This document shows, piece by piece, positions 47,501-60,810 of a stretch of 64,000 nucleotides of DNA. The stretch comes from Vairimorpha necatrix (taxonomy: Eukaryota), in contig CP142728.1 in assembly GCA_036630325.1 (NCBI GenBank), forward strand, positions 1,302,001 to 1,366,000, read 5' to 3'. The notes under the pieces are model-generated. The model was not told where the DNA came from, searched no databases, and was given only the letters and a program-made list of their open reading frames with translations. The stretch's first letter is position 1. Every line of letters begins with the position of its first letter. A program made the translations under genes and the position numbers.

Positions 47501-49006
47501 TAAAAACTATATTTCTAACCCATACTTATTTTTTTTAAAACTATGTATGATATCTTATTTTTCTATGTTTCGTAGAGCCAGTTGTAGTGTATATTACAAG
47601 AATCATTTAAAACATGTCATAGTCTCTATATTCTAACATATTATAGTTATAATATTTTATTTATAAATCATTTGTTCGTCTTTTTATATAAAATCACGAA
47701 ATTATAGTACAAAAAATAAATTTAATTGAGAGTTAAAATTAAATTTTATTTTTAATTATCATAAAATATCTAATCTACACATTATCTACATAAAATACAT
47801 CAGTAATGTGTTTAAATATCTAACATACGATAATGTAGATGATATTAGTAAAATTTTAAGTTAGATTAAGCAAGATTTAAAGAAACAATAGCAGTTTAAA
47901 AACTTGTTGATCGATAAATAAAAAAAATCAACTCAGATAAAAAACGTATCTAAAAAATAATAAATTTGAAATATACATTAGAAAAATAGTAATCTTTTGT
48001 AAATTTAATATAAAAATTTGCAAGATATAATATATTATAATGTATGTTTATATCACGCATTTCTATCAATGCATGTGATAATTAGCTGAACTAAAATTCA
48101 TCAGATTGCGCTTCTACGGTGTTAATCTCATAATATTAATCAAAGTTCAAACATAAATCTTATAATTAGCTCTTTGAATGTATTATCATACTTTTAGTAT
48201 TAAATAAACGAAAAAAATTAATTAAAATTTAAGTATCAACAAAAACGTAGACCTAAAAATACTTCCCGCAAAATTTCGAAGATTGTAAATAGTGAATTAT
48301 TTTGTACTTAAACATTAGATGTTTACTATATAATCAAAATTTAAGTATTTGACAATTTATTATTAGTCTGACGAATTAAAAGTTTATTAATCATCCAGTC
48401 TTCTTTAAAAATAACTAATGATTATTATTATACTGTATGTTTTAAAAATTTTTATGAGATCCTTACGGGCTGAATATCTTTATATTAAGCGAGGTGATAC
48501 GGTCTTTTACGACGAAATTGTTCCTCAATAATGATATTTATTGTATGGTGGATTTTATCAGAGAAGACATTGTGACTTTTAATTTATGTATTTCCTATAG
48601 CACTTGAATCAATTTAACGACGGAATTCAATAAAATATATGTTAACTTAAATATTTATGACGAGTAATTTAAGATAAGATTAATAAATATTTTAATTATC
48701 ATTATCAATATACATTCTAGATTATAATAATATAAATTGTTAAATTTTGTAATAAATAAGAAAATTAGAGTTTTCTTTTCAAGGTAACAAAACAGTAAAT
48801 TTCTAATATTTAGATATTAATTTAAAGAATAGAACATATGTATTATAAAATAATTTAACAATATATGTTTTACTTTTTTAAGTATACTATAATTTAAATC
48901 ATAGTTTTATCATAAGATGACAAATTGAAAACATTAAGCAAAAAATTTGGTTTTATTGTTGTTGATATACTGTTATTTATTTAGATATTTCGGCCTAAAC
49001 ATCCAT

Positions 49007-49726
49007 TTAATTTGGAATATAAACGCAGGTAAGTTCATTACAATATGTTCGCGCATTACTTTTAATGTTTTTATCGTTAAATTCTGAAGTTGGGGGATTA
49101 TTTATATTTATATTCGAATCATCATTAGTTGCATAAATTTCATAATAAGATTTTTTATTACTAATAATTTCATAAAATGACTTATTTTTAAACAACTGTA
49201 TAATTTTTTCTTTACACTTGGTGCTAACTTTTAGTTCAATATTATTCTTTATACTAAGCTTTAAAATAGCTTTATCTATATTATTTTTAATTGTATAAGT
49301 TTGACTTAAATAATATATCAATTTATAGCTATTATAAGCTAAAGATTGTATAAATTTACTGATTTCTGCCTTATTAAAATCTGGTTTATAACTAAATAAA
49401 AACAAAATAACATTTAGCTGAAATTCTTTTTCAAGTTTGCCTATTTCATCAAAATGTATATTTCTCGATACCTTAAAAATCAAATTCATACTTTCAATAA
49501 CTGAAGAATCATATATTAACGTTCTAAATAAAACCCTTGAGATTTTTGATATTTTACATATATCAATATTATTTAATATAATTTTATCTTTATCATAGAC
49601 AACATCATACAGACATTCATTCTATAAATTATAATTATCTAAATTTTTATTCATAAGAATTTCATGTGAATCTTTAATGTTTGCCAAAATTGACAAAGAG
49701 TAAATTTGATAGACTAGAAAAAACAT
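49007..49726 (-). pseudogene. Secreted family A member interrupted by one in-frame TAG (49622-49624)
   Basis: CCC-TTT-ATG at 49726 gives MFFLVYQIYSLSILA, in frame with the 49489 ORF; LAYNSYKLIYYLS and IELKVSTKCKEKIIQLF match family A. Confidence 0.7.
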
Positions 49727-49926
49727 AAAGGGTATAAACAAATAATATTACACTGAAAAATTCCGAAAGTTGATTGGTTTAAATATTTATATTTAAGAAC
49801 TATATGAATAAATTCGACCTTAAACATTAAAAAAAAACATTAAAAAAAACATAAAAAATTATTAATTCAAAAGATTTCGAGTATAATAGAAAGTTTTATG
49901 TTATAAACCCCTCATTTAAATTAACA

Positions 49927-49952
49927 ATATATATATATATATATATATATAT
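49927..49952. repeat. (AT)n microsatellite
   Basis: About 13 AT units read directly. Confidence 0.9.
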
Positions 49953-52679
49953 TTGTCATGTTTCTCTACGTATATATTAATTATGACGCGTTAAGTACAC
50001 ATATAAACAGGTTTTTTAAAAATATAATACAAAATTTGCGTATAAATATATTAATATGACATGAAGTTTTTAGAATTTAAAGCGAGGGTAAAAACGTCAT
50101 CGAGAGACATGTCATAAATTTTGCCAACAACTAGTCTATACACAATAATATTAATGTTATGATTTTTTTGTAACTTCAAAAAAAAATTTAATCAATTTTA
50201 TCATCGTAGCCTTAAATCCCCTTCGTTCTGCATTTCTAAGCCAATGTAAAATATGATTTTTGTTCTTCTATTTGCGATTCATACAATTTTTATTTTAACT
50301 GTTTTTTTAATTTCAACATTTTTTATCGTTTTTTATTTTTATTCTATCTCTATTTCTACCTGAATTTCCTATTTATTTTCTGAGATAGTATTGTGTTACG
50401 TGTAATTTCTTACTTATTGTTTTCTTCAAAATTTGTCTAACTATATTTTTTTCTATCTACAACTTTATTTTTAGAGTTTTCTCGTGTGATTATGTATCAT
50501 TAATTTTGACTCATTATAAAATGATAATAATGTACTAATACGCTTTTATATACATTTTCAGTTAATAAGTAATTTTATCATTAAAATAAATCTTTTATCA
50601 AAAAGAAAGAAATCTTTTGGCGAACAAAAAGAAGTTTTTATTTCAATTATTGTTAAATTTAAGTGCCTTACAGCGGCAATTATTTTCTTGGTTAATTTTA
50701 TCCTACATCTTTGATTTCGGATAAATAGAAAAATTTATCTAATTAAAAATTAGGCTTGCTTTCGATGGCTTTTAGATAATGTAATTTTGTGGATTGCTAC
50801 TTATCTTTAAATTTGTTACATCTTTAAATTAAACATTAATATCATTCTCGTCCATTCGTATTTATTATAAACAAATTAAACGAAAATATGAAAATAACCG
50901 CAAACTAGGAGGTTTTTGTTTAAATGTTAAACAAGTCCTATTGTATATTTTTAAAAATACAAATTATGTTTCATTTTATATGTAAATGCTTGTTTTCACA
51001 ACATATAAACTTTTTTTAAAAAATTCGTTTTCAGAAGATTTGCTACTATGAAATTGTTAATAAGATTAAATTCTTTTATGATTTTTTTAAATTTATATTT
51101 ATTTTTTTTCGATCATTTTTATGTCAGTCTAAACTATGTATTGTTCTGATAACTTTTGAATACTTTACTAAAATATGTAGTTTTTTATCATCAAAAAATT
51201 TATCTTACAAGGCCATTTTTTAAATATATCATGTTTTTAAATTTTATTATTTTGTATTGTTGTTTTTACAAACCAAGTAAATCTTTCTATGACAGTTCTA
51301 CTTATATGATATTTTCTCTTTTAATTTTCTATCATACATTATTTATTAAATAAGTATATCTTTTAACTAATATATCTTTGATTATTAGTATATGTCCCAT
51401 TTATATTACGATATTGAAGCCAGAATTTATTATATTATTTCTATGCTATAATATCTCTGCAGTTTAGAAAAATATAAATTGTATTCGTTTTCTATTTCTT
51501 TCTGTATATATTATTTCCTTTAATAGTCAGTTTTTAAATTTATAAAGTTTTTTAACATTCTTTTTAGGTATATAAGATAAACAAATTAAAGTTATGCAAC
51601 TCAATTCGCCGCATATTCCAATTTTTATTCGTGTGAAATATTACAAAAAGATGTTTTTACAATCTTTGTCAAAAAATGATTCACTTGATTTGACTTAGCA
51701 CACTTTTTAAAATATACTTTAATGTAACTCTAAAACATTACGAAAAGATTATAAACACTGTTGTCTTATCATTATTCATTTTAATATAAAAAATACTTAT
51801 ATTGCTTCTTTCCGCAAATTCATATGTTGTATTATCCGTATTGATTTTTTAAGCTTGATATATTAAGTTATAACAATTTACAATAAATACCATGACGGGG
51901 AATTTTGATTTTTTTAAAATATAAAATTTAAAATTTTTACATAATAATAAAAGATAATTATCATAAAAAAGATTATAATTTATATCGCCAGAGGTTGTCG
52001 TGATGAATTATAGTTTCTTTGGGCCAATAGAAATTGATTTCGGAGCACATTATATGAATATAATCATGTGTTTTCAAGTTAAGTCTTCACATTTTATAAA
52101 TTTTTTATAGACTATTAATTTAAAATTGAGACACAAAAAAAAAGATAATCTGACTTTTTTTATCACCACCTACTGATATTTTAGTTTGTTTTTGCTTTAA
52201 ACTGAAAATCCTAATATGAATATAACAGAAATAAAAGACAAAAATAATATAAAAATTGTAAATTGGCGGATGTAATTATGTGAAGAGAAAATTTATACAT
52301 ACAAAAAATTGATTTATCAGTCTGGTAAACATACTGTGATTTTAATAATATTAAAAATATTGGAAAGTAACATTATTTGAAAAGAAAGTATTCTAAGACT
52401 ATTTTAAAAAAATATTGATTTATGACTAGACTAATATGTAATTAACAAACATAATACCTTACATTATTAGAAAAATAGTATTTAGAGTTATTAAAAGAAA
52501 ACGGTCATTAACTCAAGTGAAGATTTATAAAAATCCAAAGTGTTTGCTATTTGATGTATATCTTTCTGAGATACAACTCACTGTAAGATAAATAAATTTT
52601 AAAGATTTATTCTGTTTATCTTCCTTATTAAAATATGGACTTTTCTTTTAAAAATTTTCTCGTTTGTTTACGGGCAAAC

Positions 52680-53050
52680 AAATCAAGAAATGACAAATAA
52701 TATGATTGACATAGAAGATATCACAGAATTTGCAGTTAGATTGTTATATGGGCAAGACGAAATAGGCAAAAAATATCACTGAGTAAATTTAATAGATCGT
52801 GGATGTTAGTTGGACTAGCACAAAGAAATTCAATAAATGAATCTAATACTAAAAGTGGATAATTATACAAAAATAAATTTAGAGAATATTACAAAAAGTG
52901 TAAATTAAGGAAAATGTTACTTTATCTTTATAAAATTGTACAAAGGCATTGAAGAAGAAATATTTACTCAGTCAGTTACTTTCGATTTAATTCTATATTT
53001 TGACACGCCCATTCTAATATAATAACTAAAGGAATAGATTAAGTCTACAT
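52680..53050 (+). mobile_element. Highly decayed Merlin-like transposase relic
   Basis: Fragments GQDEIGKKYH, WMLVGL and LILKVDN in the same order as in the 35706 transposase. Confidence 0.4.
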
Positions 53051-53309
53051 ACACTATGTATTATGTAGTTCAAGATAAAATTTATGTTATAGGCATTGAC
53101 TTTGTGTATTAAACTAAAATCAAGTTATATTTGATAATTGTATTCTCATAAATTTTTTTTTGAAAAAGTAATAGAAATATTATTTATTTCTTGCTTTTTC
53201 ATTTTTTGAACAAAAAATAAAAAAGGAACTATTTTTATCTGAAAAGATGCCCGATAAACACAAAACTAAAAATAGTGTCATTAGAATAAAATAAAGTACT
53301 AAATTAAAG

Positions 53310-54518
53310 GGCGCAATGGTCTGAGCCCGGACCTGTTTAGTCTCTAAGGGTGACCATTGGAGAGAAACGAAAAAATCCTAATAATTATAAAAGCATTTTA
53401 TTCTAAAAAAACTATGACAATTTCAATGAAAAACTCTCTGCAAATCTTAATATTTTTATATATAGCACACCTTCTTCTCCATTTAAATTCCTCCAGAAAT
53501 CTGGGATCGCTCTTTCTTTGATCTCTTTTCTAGCTATTATATCACATTTAAGATGTGACCAGACTTCCTCTATTAAATTCGTGGCCTCTCCTGCTTCGTT
53601 TTAAACCAACATCGAAGACTACAGCGCGATGATCACCGTTGATTGATGGATTCTACTGCTGCGGGGTTGAATTTGTGCCCATTAATTACACAAATAGTTT
53701 CGTTTTTTATGTATTTTTTGAAAACCCCGAATTATCGTCTGGATAGTTCGGTTGGGCACTATCTCGATTCTCTCTTCTAACGTTCGCTCGTCTATCGTAC
53801 CAAACAACCGTGTGCTGTTTTTAACTGTGCCATATCTTTCCGATAAAAATTGACAAATTTCCTTTTTACTTTATCCTTACTTCGTTTTGTTTCACTTCTT
53901 CAACCCCATCTACTTTTTTTTGTGTTTTATATTTTCCTTTTTTCAGTGCTTCGTATATTTTTTTTAACCCTATAGAAACTGGAAGCTGAAACACGTGAAT
54001 ATTTGTTTAGGTTTAGTGTAGACTGTTTTTCAGTAGATGGATACAGAATATACAAATAATTATGTATAGATATTCTGGATTAGAAAATGAAGTTTTATCA
54101 AAAACCTTTTTAATGTTCCACTGATCTTTTCCCCTACACTTAAACTGGTAGCGGTCTATGTACGAAATGTCCGGTGTTAATACCATTATACCAGGATAAA
54201 ACGTACATTTTATGGCTTTTTTTAGTGGGGTTTCATCCATTGGCCAATATATTACTCCATGTAAAACTTGGAAGATTTTGACCTACTGTCAAAAGGCACC
54301 AGACATGCCATAAGGTTAGAATATTTTTGAAAAGATTCTCTAAAAAACAAAAAAGTTTATAGCTCAAGAAATTTTATTACAAATGAAATTAAAACAAATC
54401 TATGAAATTTCGAGTCTTGGGGATATGATTCGTAAAAAAACATTTCCTCAGTTTACGGCCTTTGCCCGGATTCAGTACGTAAACAAATATTGAAAGTCCG
54501 GGCTCAGACCGTTGCGCC
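53310..54518 (-). mobile_element. Merlin transposon with decayed transposase, about 1.2 kb
   Basis: 23-bp TIR GGCGCAA(T/C)GGTCTGAGCCCGGAC at both ends; imperfect TSD AATTAAAG/AATTAAGA; minus-strand LFGTIDE and IEEVWSHLK; includes ORF fragment 54013-54240. Confidence 0.85.
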
Positions 54519-56550
54519 AATTAAGAGCTAATGCTCGTATTTTACAGCTTTAAATTTAATTTATTTTTCACATAATATACATGGGGTTTTATATACAAAA
54601 TATCTTATTGCGTTAATAAATGTCCTTGATTTATGCAAACAGTTAAAATCATAATTTAAATCTTTAAGTTTAATATAATATTGTTAATATATATTGACTG
54701 GGTTCATAATATATTTAATTTAAAGTAAATATAACGATGTCTTTTATATATTGAATGCTGTTTCTTAATGAATATATAACATGTTATGATGTTGTGATTA
54801 CTTTTAGTGAGCAAAATTAATTTTTCCTCTTAAATATATAAATATTATATTTTTTTCTAATCTTATCTTGTAATTCTAAGCAAAATTTTTTGTTGGAGCC
54901 AATAAAAGCTCTTATAGCACAAAAATGGGTTATTGAATTAAAATTTATATATATAATGAAAAAAACGAAACTCAACTTCTGATGGATATATATTCATATA
55001 AATTAATTTAGTTAATGCCTAGAAATGTAATATATTACAATTTTTCTTTTATTCTTGTATCATAATAATATATTTTTGCTATAGTAAAAAAGTTTTTAGT
55101 TTCACAAATTGATTTTTTTAACAATATTACATTAATCTGCAATTTTAGTTATTTTTGTAATTTATAACAAAAAAAATATAAAAATGTTCGTGATTTTAAA
55201 AACTTCGAAAAGTTATATACAATATCATGTACATAGACTATGGTTCATTGTTCTTTTAAAGTAAATTTCATGCATTTGATATTATATTGCCACCATATTA
55301 TAATTAGTAACATTGTAATCTACCAACAAAAATATTCATTTTACAGAAATCGATATAGACATTATTAATATACATTGTGATGCACAATAATTTGAAGGAA
55401 TGATCAAACATGATGAAGAAAGAAATATTTAAAAAATTAAATATTAAAAATTTATTTATAGATATTAATTCGTTTGATTATCATTTTCTTTTGATATTTC
55501 ACCTTCCGATTTTACTCCTCGACTTTCAACAATCGGGATCATAAACATAAATTTTATTGTTTTTATGCAGAGAGAGAAAAAATGAAATGTTTTTAATATT
55601 TAAAAAGAAACTGAATTTTTTGATTTTTTATAAACATAGAGAGCAAGTTAAAGATACACGTAAACAATATATTAAAAAACCGAAAAAAATATAAACTAGT
55701 CATATATGTTAAAGATTGTTAATTAGGAAAATAACAGGTTTTATTTTTAATTTTTATTACTATTATTACAAAGCTATATCAGACCTTTTATGTATAACAA
55801 CTATATAGCTTTCATTTATTACGATGATTTATATTTGTAAGATTTTCAATTTTGTTTCTACCTCTCTTTTTAATTTTAAAAATAATTTTATTTATAATTT
55901 TAGCTAACCAATATGACATTTGGCTAATTTATCGTAAACAAAGTTTCAATAATTGATTCATAAAAGACCAATAATACAAGCATTTAAAAACAGTTTTTAT
56001 TATATAATTACCATTAAATGATAATAATTTCTTATCCTTGTTTGTTTGTTTATTGTGACGTCACGCCAAGCGCAGTAATTTAGATATATTAACTTTTGTA
56101 TCTAGGCGTAAATAAGATACAAAAAAAACAAGTAAAAATGGATATTAATAGAAGTAATTGTAAGTAAATCAGATATTTAAATCAGTTTGTTTTCATGTAC
56201 AGGAATAATTTTGAGAAAATTACTGAATATACTTCTATATTTCAATTAATAACACATTTGTCTTTCATTTCAACAGTCATATACATATAAGAGTTACATA
56301 AATTTATTTTAGTATTCTGAAACTTGTGTAATGCTAATATATAAGTTGCGTTTTGCTTTATGAAATATCAATTTATTAGTCTCATTATTAAAAAATATAG
56401 AATTATTAATGAAAATATCTAATATAGCATTAATGTTTTTATTACGTACCATATTATACCTTACAATTTAAAATTTACACGGGGTGTCAAATTTTTGAAA
56501 TGTTTTTTTGGCAAATTTAAATGATATTTAAAATGTTTTTATGTATCCCT

Positions 56551-58847
56551 ATGAATCTTATTAGGATATTCTTGTCTATTTTATTTTTGCAAACAAGTAA
56601 AACAACTTATGAAATGCTAAAAACAAAATTAGTGAATAAAATTGAAAAAAAAGACTATCATGTTATAGACTTAGAAAAAAATTATTTGCGTGTAAAATTG
56701 TGGTTTAGTGAAATTAAAAACATACTCGATGTATATATAATAAAAGAAATACACCGTATTGACATTAGAGAAGAAATTCACAATATAAAAATTAATTGTA
56801 GTGGTAAATCTGTTCATTGTATAGTGAAGGAACTTGAGGATGAAATTTTACATGAATGCAAGGGAAAAATACCAGATTATATAGTGTTAATTTATAATCC
56901 AATATATTTCGAATCTAATCCCGTTTTCGAAGAAATTGTCACATTCTTAAAACTAGTAAATAGTGATGACAATTCAAATATCATAAATAATATTTCCTAT
57001 GATTATATCTTAGAGAATAATAATTTTTGGGCTTTAATGTATTCTATAATAAAAATAGATTTCAGATATAATAAAGATAATTCGAATTTCCCATATATAC
57101 CAGTCACGTACCTCAAAAGAAAAGACCAAAGATACTTATGTTTCTGTGTATATTTTAATCGTATTTTTTATTTTTTTGAATTCGACATAAAAGAATTACT
57201 TATAGAAAGTTGTTTGTCGGAAAATGTTGGAAACTTATCTCAGAAAAATGATATTGATATCATTATTAATAGGTCTTTTCATGAATTATTTAAATTCACA
57301 TATATCGATAAAATTTATAATGATTCTCATTTTTATTTACCAATTTGTTTTGTCGATAAAAATAAATTAGAAGACAGAGCTTTCATGATTGAACTAAAAA
57401 AGAACAAATTTTGTTTTCCCAAAACATCAACAAATATTATTATTCTATAAAGTCAGATACAACATCCAATAAAAATGTAACTATTATTGATAAGGATTGC
57501 ATTTTGTCATTTCAATTTTTTTTCAGCAGATTAAGTAAAATTAATAAAATGGAAAACAATCTCAAAATAATAGAAATTTTTTTTAGATTAATACAAGATA
57601 ACAAAAAAGTAGAATATTTTATTCACAGGATTCTCTGTAAACAAGGAACAGCAGTAAATATAATATTTTCACATTTACTTTTAGATCACAAAATAATTGA
57701 AAAAAAGAAAGTAAATGAAATTATAGAAACGGAAATAGAAAGACAACAGATTATAAAAAAAATATTGAAAAAATTATCTAATAGTTTGTATTTATCGTCT
57801 ACATATTTAATAAAAATATGCTTATTTCTAGAAGTTGAAGAGTATTTAAATGAAAATCAGTCTAAAAATGAACCAATATTCAGAACTTTAAAGAATATCG
57901 CGTATTATATAAGGTCAAAGAAGAATTTACAAGAATTTTACTTGAGCGAAAGTTCTTTATTAAATAAACAAAAAAACGTCAATCTAACAAAAGTATTTCA
58001 GGAATTAGCAAATTACCATTTGGAAGATCTCGGGAATTTGAAGGAAAATAATTTGAGATTTATTTTAAAAATAGCTTTTTTATTTACAGGATTAGAAAAT
58101 GATACTTGTGATGTAGGAGATTATCAATTCTATGTAGATAAATTTAGCATTATAACGGGCCTAAGACTTGATCGAATCGAGATAGAAATAAACAATAAGA
58201 TGATAGCTGAAAATATATCAAAGCATTATAATGAATCTATGAGAAAAGAGTCTATAGTAAATCTAGAACTCGCAATCATACATTTTAAAAAAATTAAGAG
58301 GGCAAAATCTTCAAATGAAACTATATTTTATAAAAATAAAATTAAACGAATACTCAAAAAAATAAATCCACAAGTATGTAAAAAAATTATTAAAGTTGCC
58401 TTATACAAAGAAATAGATAATATATATGACTATGAAATTAGAATAAAATTTGAGAATGAATTGAAAAACGAAGGAATAAAAGAGATAGAATATATTTTTA
58501 CCTCCGATCAATCAATGAAACAAGTAGCAAATAAAATTTATGAAATTGATCCTAATATAATAAATGAATATATGACTGAAGAAAAGAATAATTTCTTTAA
58601 AAAGCTTATGATAAATATAGATGAAAATGTCAGACGATATTGTAAAAAGAATTTGTTAAAACATTCTAAAGCATTATTTGAGTGTGGATTTATGTACAGT
58701 GAAGCCATAAAAAAGGAAAATGAAAATAAAATGGTTAAAATTAAGACAATTTTGTCAGATACTGAAATAATTGAAATTTTAAATGAAGAAATAGGGATAA
58801 ATTTAATTGATGAATTAATTAAAACGTTAAAAAAGGTGGAGGAATAA
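56551..58847 (+). pseudogene. Secreted family B member 2, split by a 1-nt frameshift at about 57410
   Basis: CCC-T-ATG 56551, signal peptide; the two overlapping ORFs align consecutively to the 695-aa paralog; adding one T to the T4 run at 57409-57412 fuses them. Confidence 0.75.
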
Positions 58848-58913
58848 TCTATATCGTTTATTTGTACATAACACGATTTAATATTAAATTCGATGAATAT
58901 AAATTTGCTCTTT

Positions 58914-58938
58914 TATATATATATATATATATATATAT
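58914..58938. repeat. (TA)n microsatellite
   Basis: About 12 TA units read directly. Confidence 0.9.
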
Positions 58939-60015
58939 CAAGACAAAAATTATCAAAAAATTTGCTGGTAAAGCAATTAATCTTATTCTTATGTAACTTA
59001 TATAAAAATCTTTGTTAAGCTCTACTATCTTAAAATAATTCTTTAAATATCATTATGTAAAAAGTACTTTTAAATCTTGAAAAAAATTACCAAAGATTGA
59101 ATTCGAAAATAAAAGACTTTTCAATTAGAACAAATTAATCTTTGTAACAAAGTCTAAATTTTTTAATCTAGCAGTATAATACTTTTTTCTCCTGAAGTTA
59201 TTAGGGTATAATTAGTGCCCTTTTACCATAAAAAGTATTGTATGGTTAGGATATTGTTGATCTTTTACATTTTTAAATAAAAACTTTAATATACTTTTTA
59301 TTTACTAGTTCAATCTCAGTTTAAAAAAGACTATAAAGAAAAATTTTGAAAGACATTGTTTATGAATTCAGCTGTATAAAAAAAATGACGAGCGCAAAGC
59401 ATAAAATCCATATGATTGACAAATTTAATTATTTTTTTATTATTAAAACATGTGTATTACTATATTTTTTAAAAATCTCAGCATATTTTTGCAAATATTA
59501 CCTTACTATTTTTAAAAATATTTAAAAGTATTTTTTATATTTGTTTATACATGATATTTGCGTGATCAAAAATTTATCTCGTATTAAAATTTTAATCAAT
59601 TATGCTCTTCTGTTTACAATAACCTTAGCAATGAGATACATTCAAAGCTAGGAACGTATTGTAGCTAAACGAAAAAATCGTATATTGTTTTTTATTAAAA
59701 TACCAACTTAAAAATCTATTACAATTATTATAATCTATTATTTTAGTCATTCTTTATTCAATAAAAAATTATATGATAAAATTCAAAGAGCTTAAGTTTT
59801 TTTTGAACTGGTAAAAAGGGCTAAAGAATTTTTTGCATGGTTTTTACAGTAAATAAATTATATGACATGTATAAAAATTACTTCAGTGTTAGTTTAATAA
59901 GTTGCCGACTAAAAATTTTTAATGTCAATTTCGAAAAAATTTATCTTTATGTTAGTTTTATTAATCGAAAAAATGTGATAATGTTTTATCATATATTATA
60001 AAAAATTTAAATAGC

Positions 60016-60273
60016 TATGCTTAATGTAGTTTATATTTTTTTTAACAAGGATAAGTTCCGCGTTGGCGTCATCTGCTTACATATAACTTCTAGTACCCAT
60101 AGTCCTTTCCACATCGGCTTCGCCTCCTCTCCTTAGGTAGTCAAGAGAAATGCTTTTTAGCGGTTTCTTTGGTGTGATCATCTGGATTTACGCTTCCTAT
60201 CTCTAGGGATTTCAAGTCTAAGGTATATGATTTGTGAAAGTTAGTCACTGTACCGTCCGAAGTGATTACGTAA
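60016..60273 (-). mobile_element. 5'-truncated 3' end of RLE-type non-LTR retrotransposon
   Basis: Minus strand YVITSDGTVTNFHKSY / RLEIPRD / EA*IQMITPKKPLKSISLDYLRRG across frameshifts; terminal sequence shared with the 47341 copy. Confidence 0.75.
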
Positions 60274-60810
60274 TGAATTATTTCTGTTTTGATTCAATGT
60301 ATATATTTATGCATATTTATAAAAAAAATATTAATACAATCAAATAATAAATTGTATCATAGATATTCTTATCTTTTTGTGAAAAAAAAACTTTTACATG
60401 CTAAGTCGAATATTAAAAAAAAACAAAACGTAAAAATTATATTATATCATCGAGTTTAACAAAATATAATAACGTATGCTTTTAAATTTATTCTACAATA
60501 TTATACAATACAAAAAAAAATCAAAACTTCTATAATTAAGAAATTTTATTAGTATAGAATATAATATGACCAATAGCTTGCAATACCCATTAAATAATTT
60601 ATTTTATGTGGATGTAACGGATAAAAATTTATATAAATATGGATTATACAAAAAAATAGAAAGGTTAAAAATAAATTTACACAAATTATATTATAATATG
60701 CCATCTTGGTATCTTAACATTTCAATAAAAGTATTATGTAAAATTATTCCAAACTCGTTGTTTAAAAATTTCATAAGTGAGCCTTTACGTACTATTTTAA
60801 TAATATTTTG

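Noticed and set aside
41815-49624. TAA/TAG reassigned to Gln (alternative genetic code) to explain in-frame stops
   Set aside because: Conserved core genes end normally at TAA/TAG and contain no internal stops.
57400-57450. Programmed -1 ribosomal frameshift in family B member 2
   Set aside because: AAATTTT is not phased as X XXY YYZ in the upstream frame and no downstream structure is evident; a 1-nt T-run deletion is simpler.
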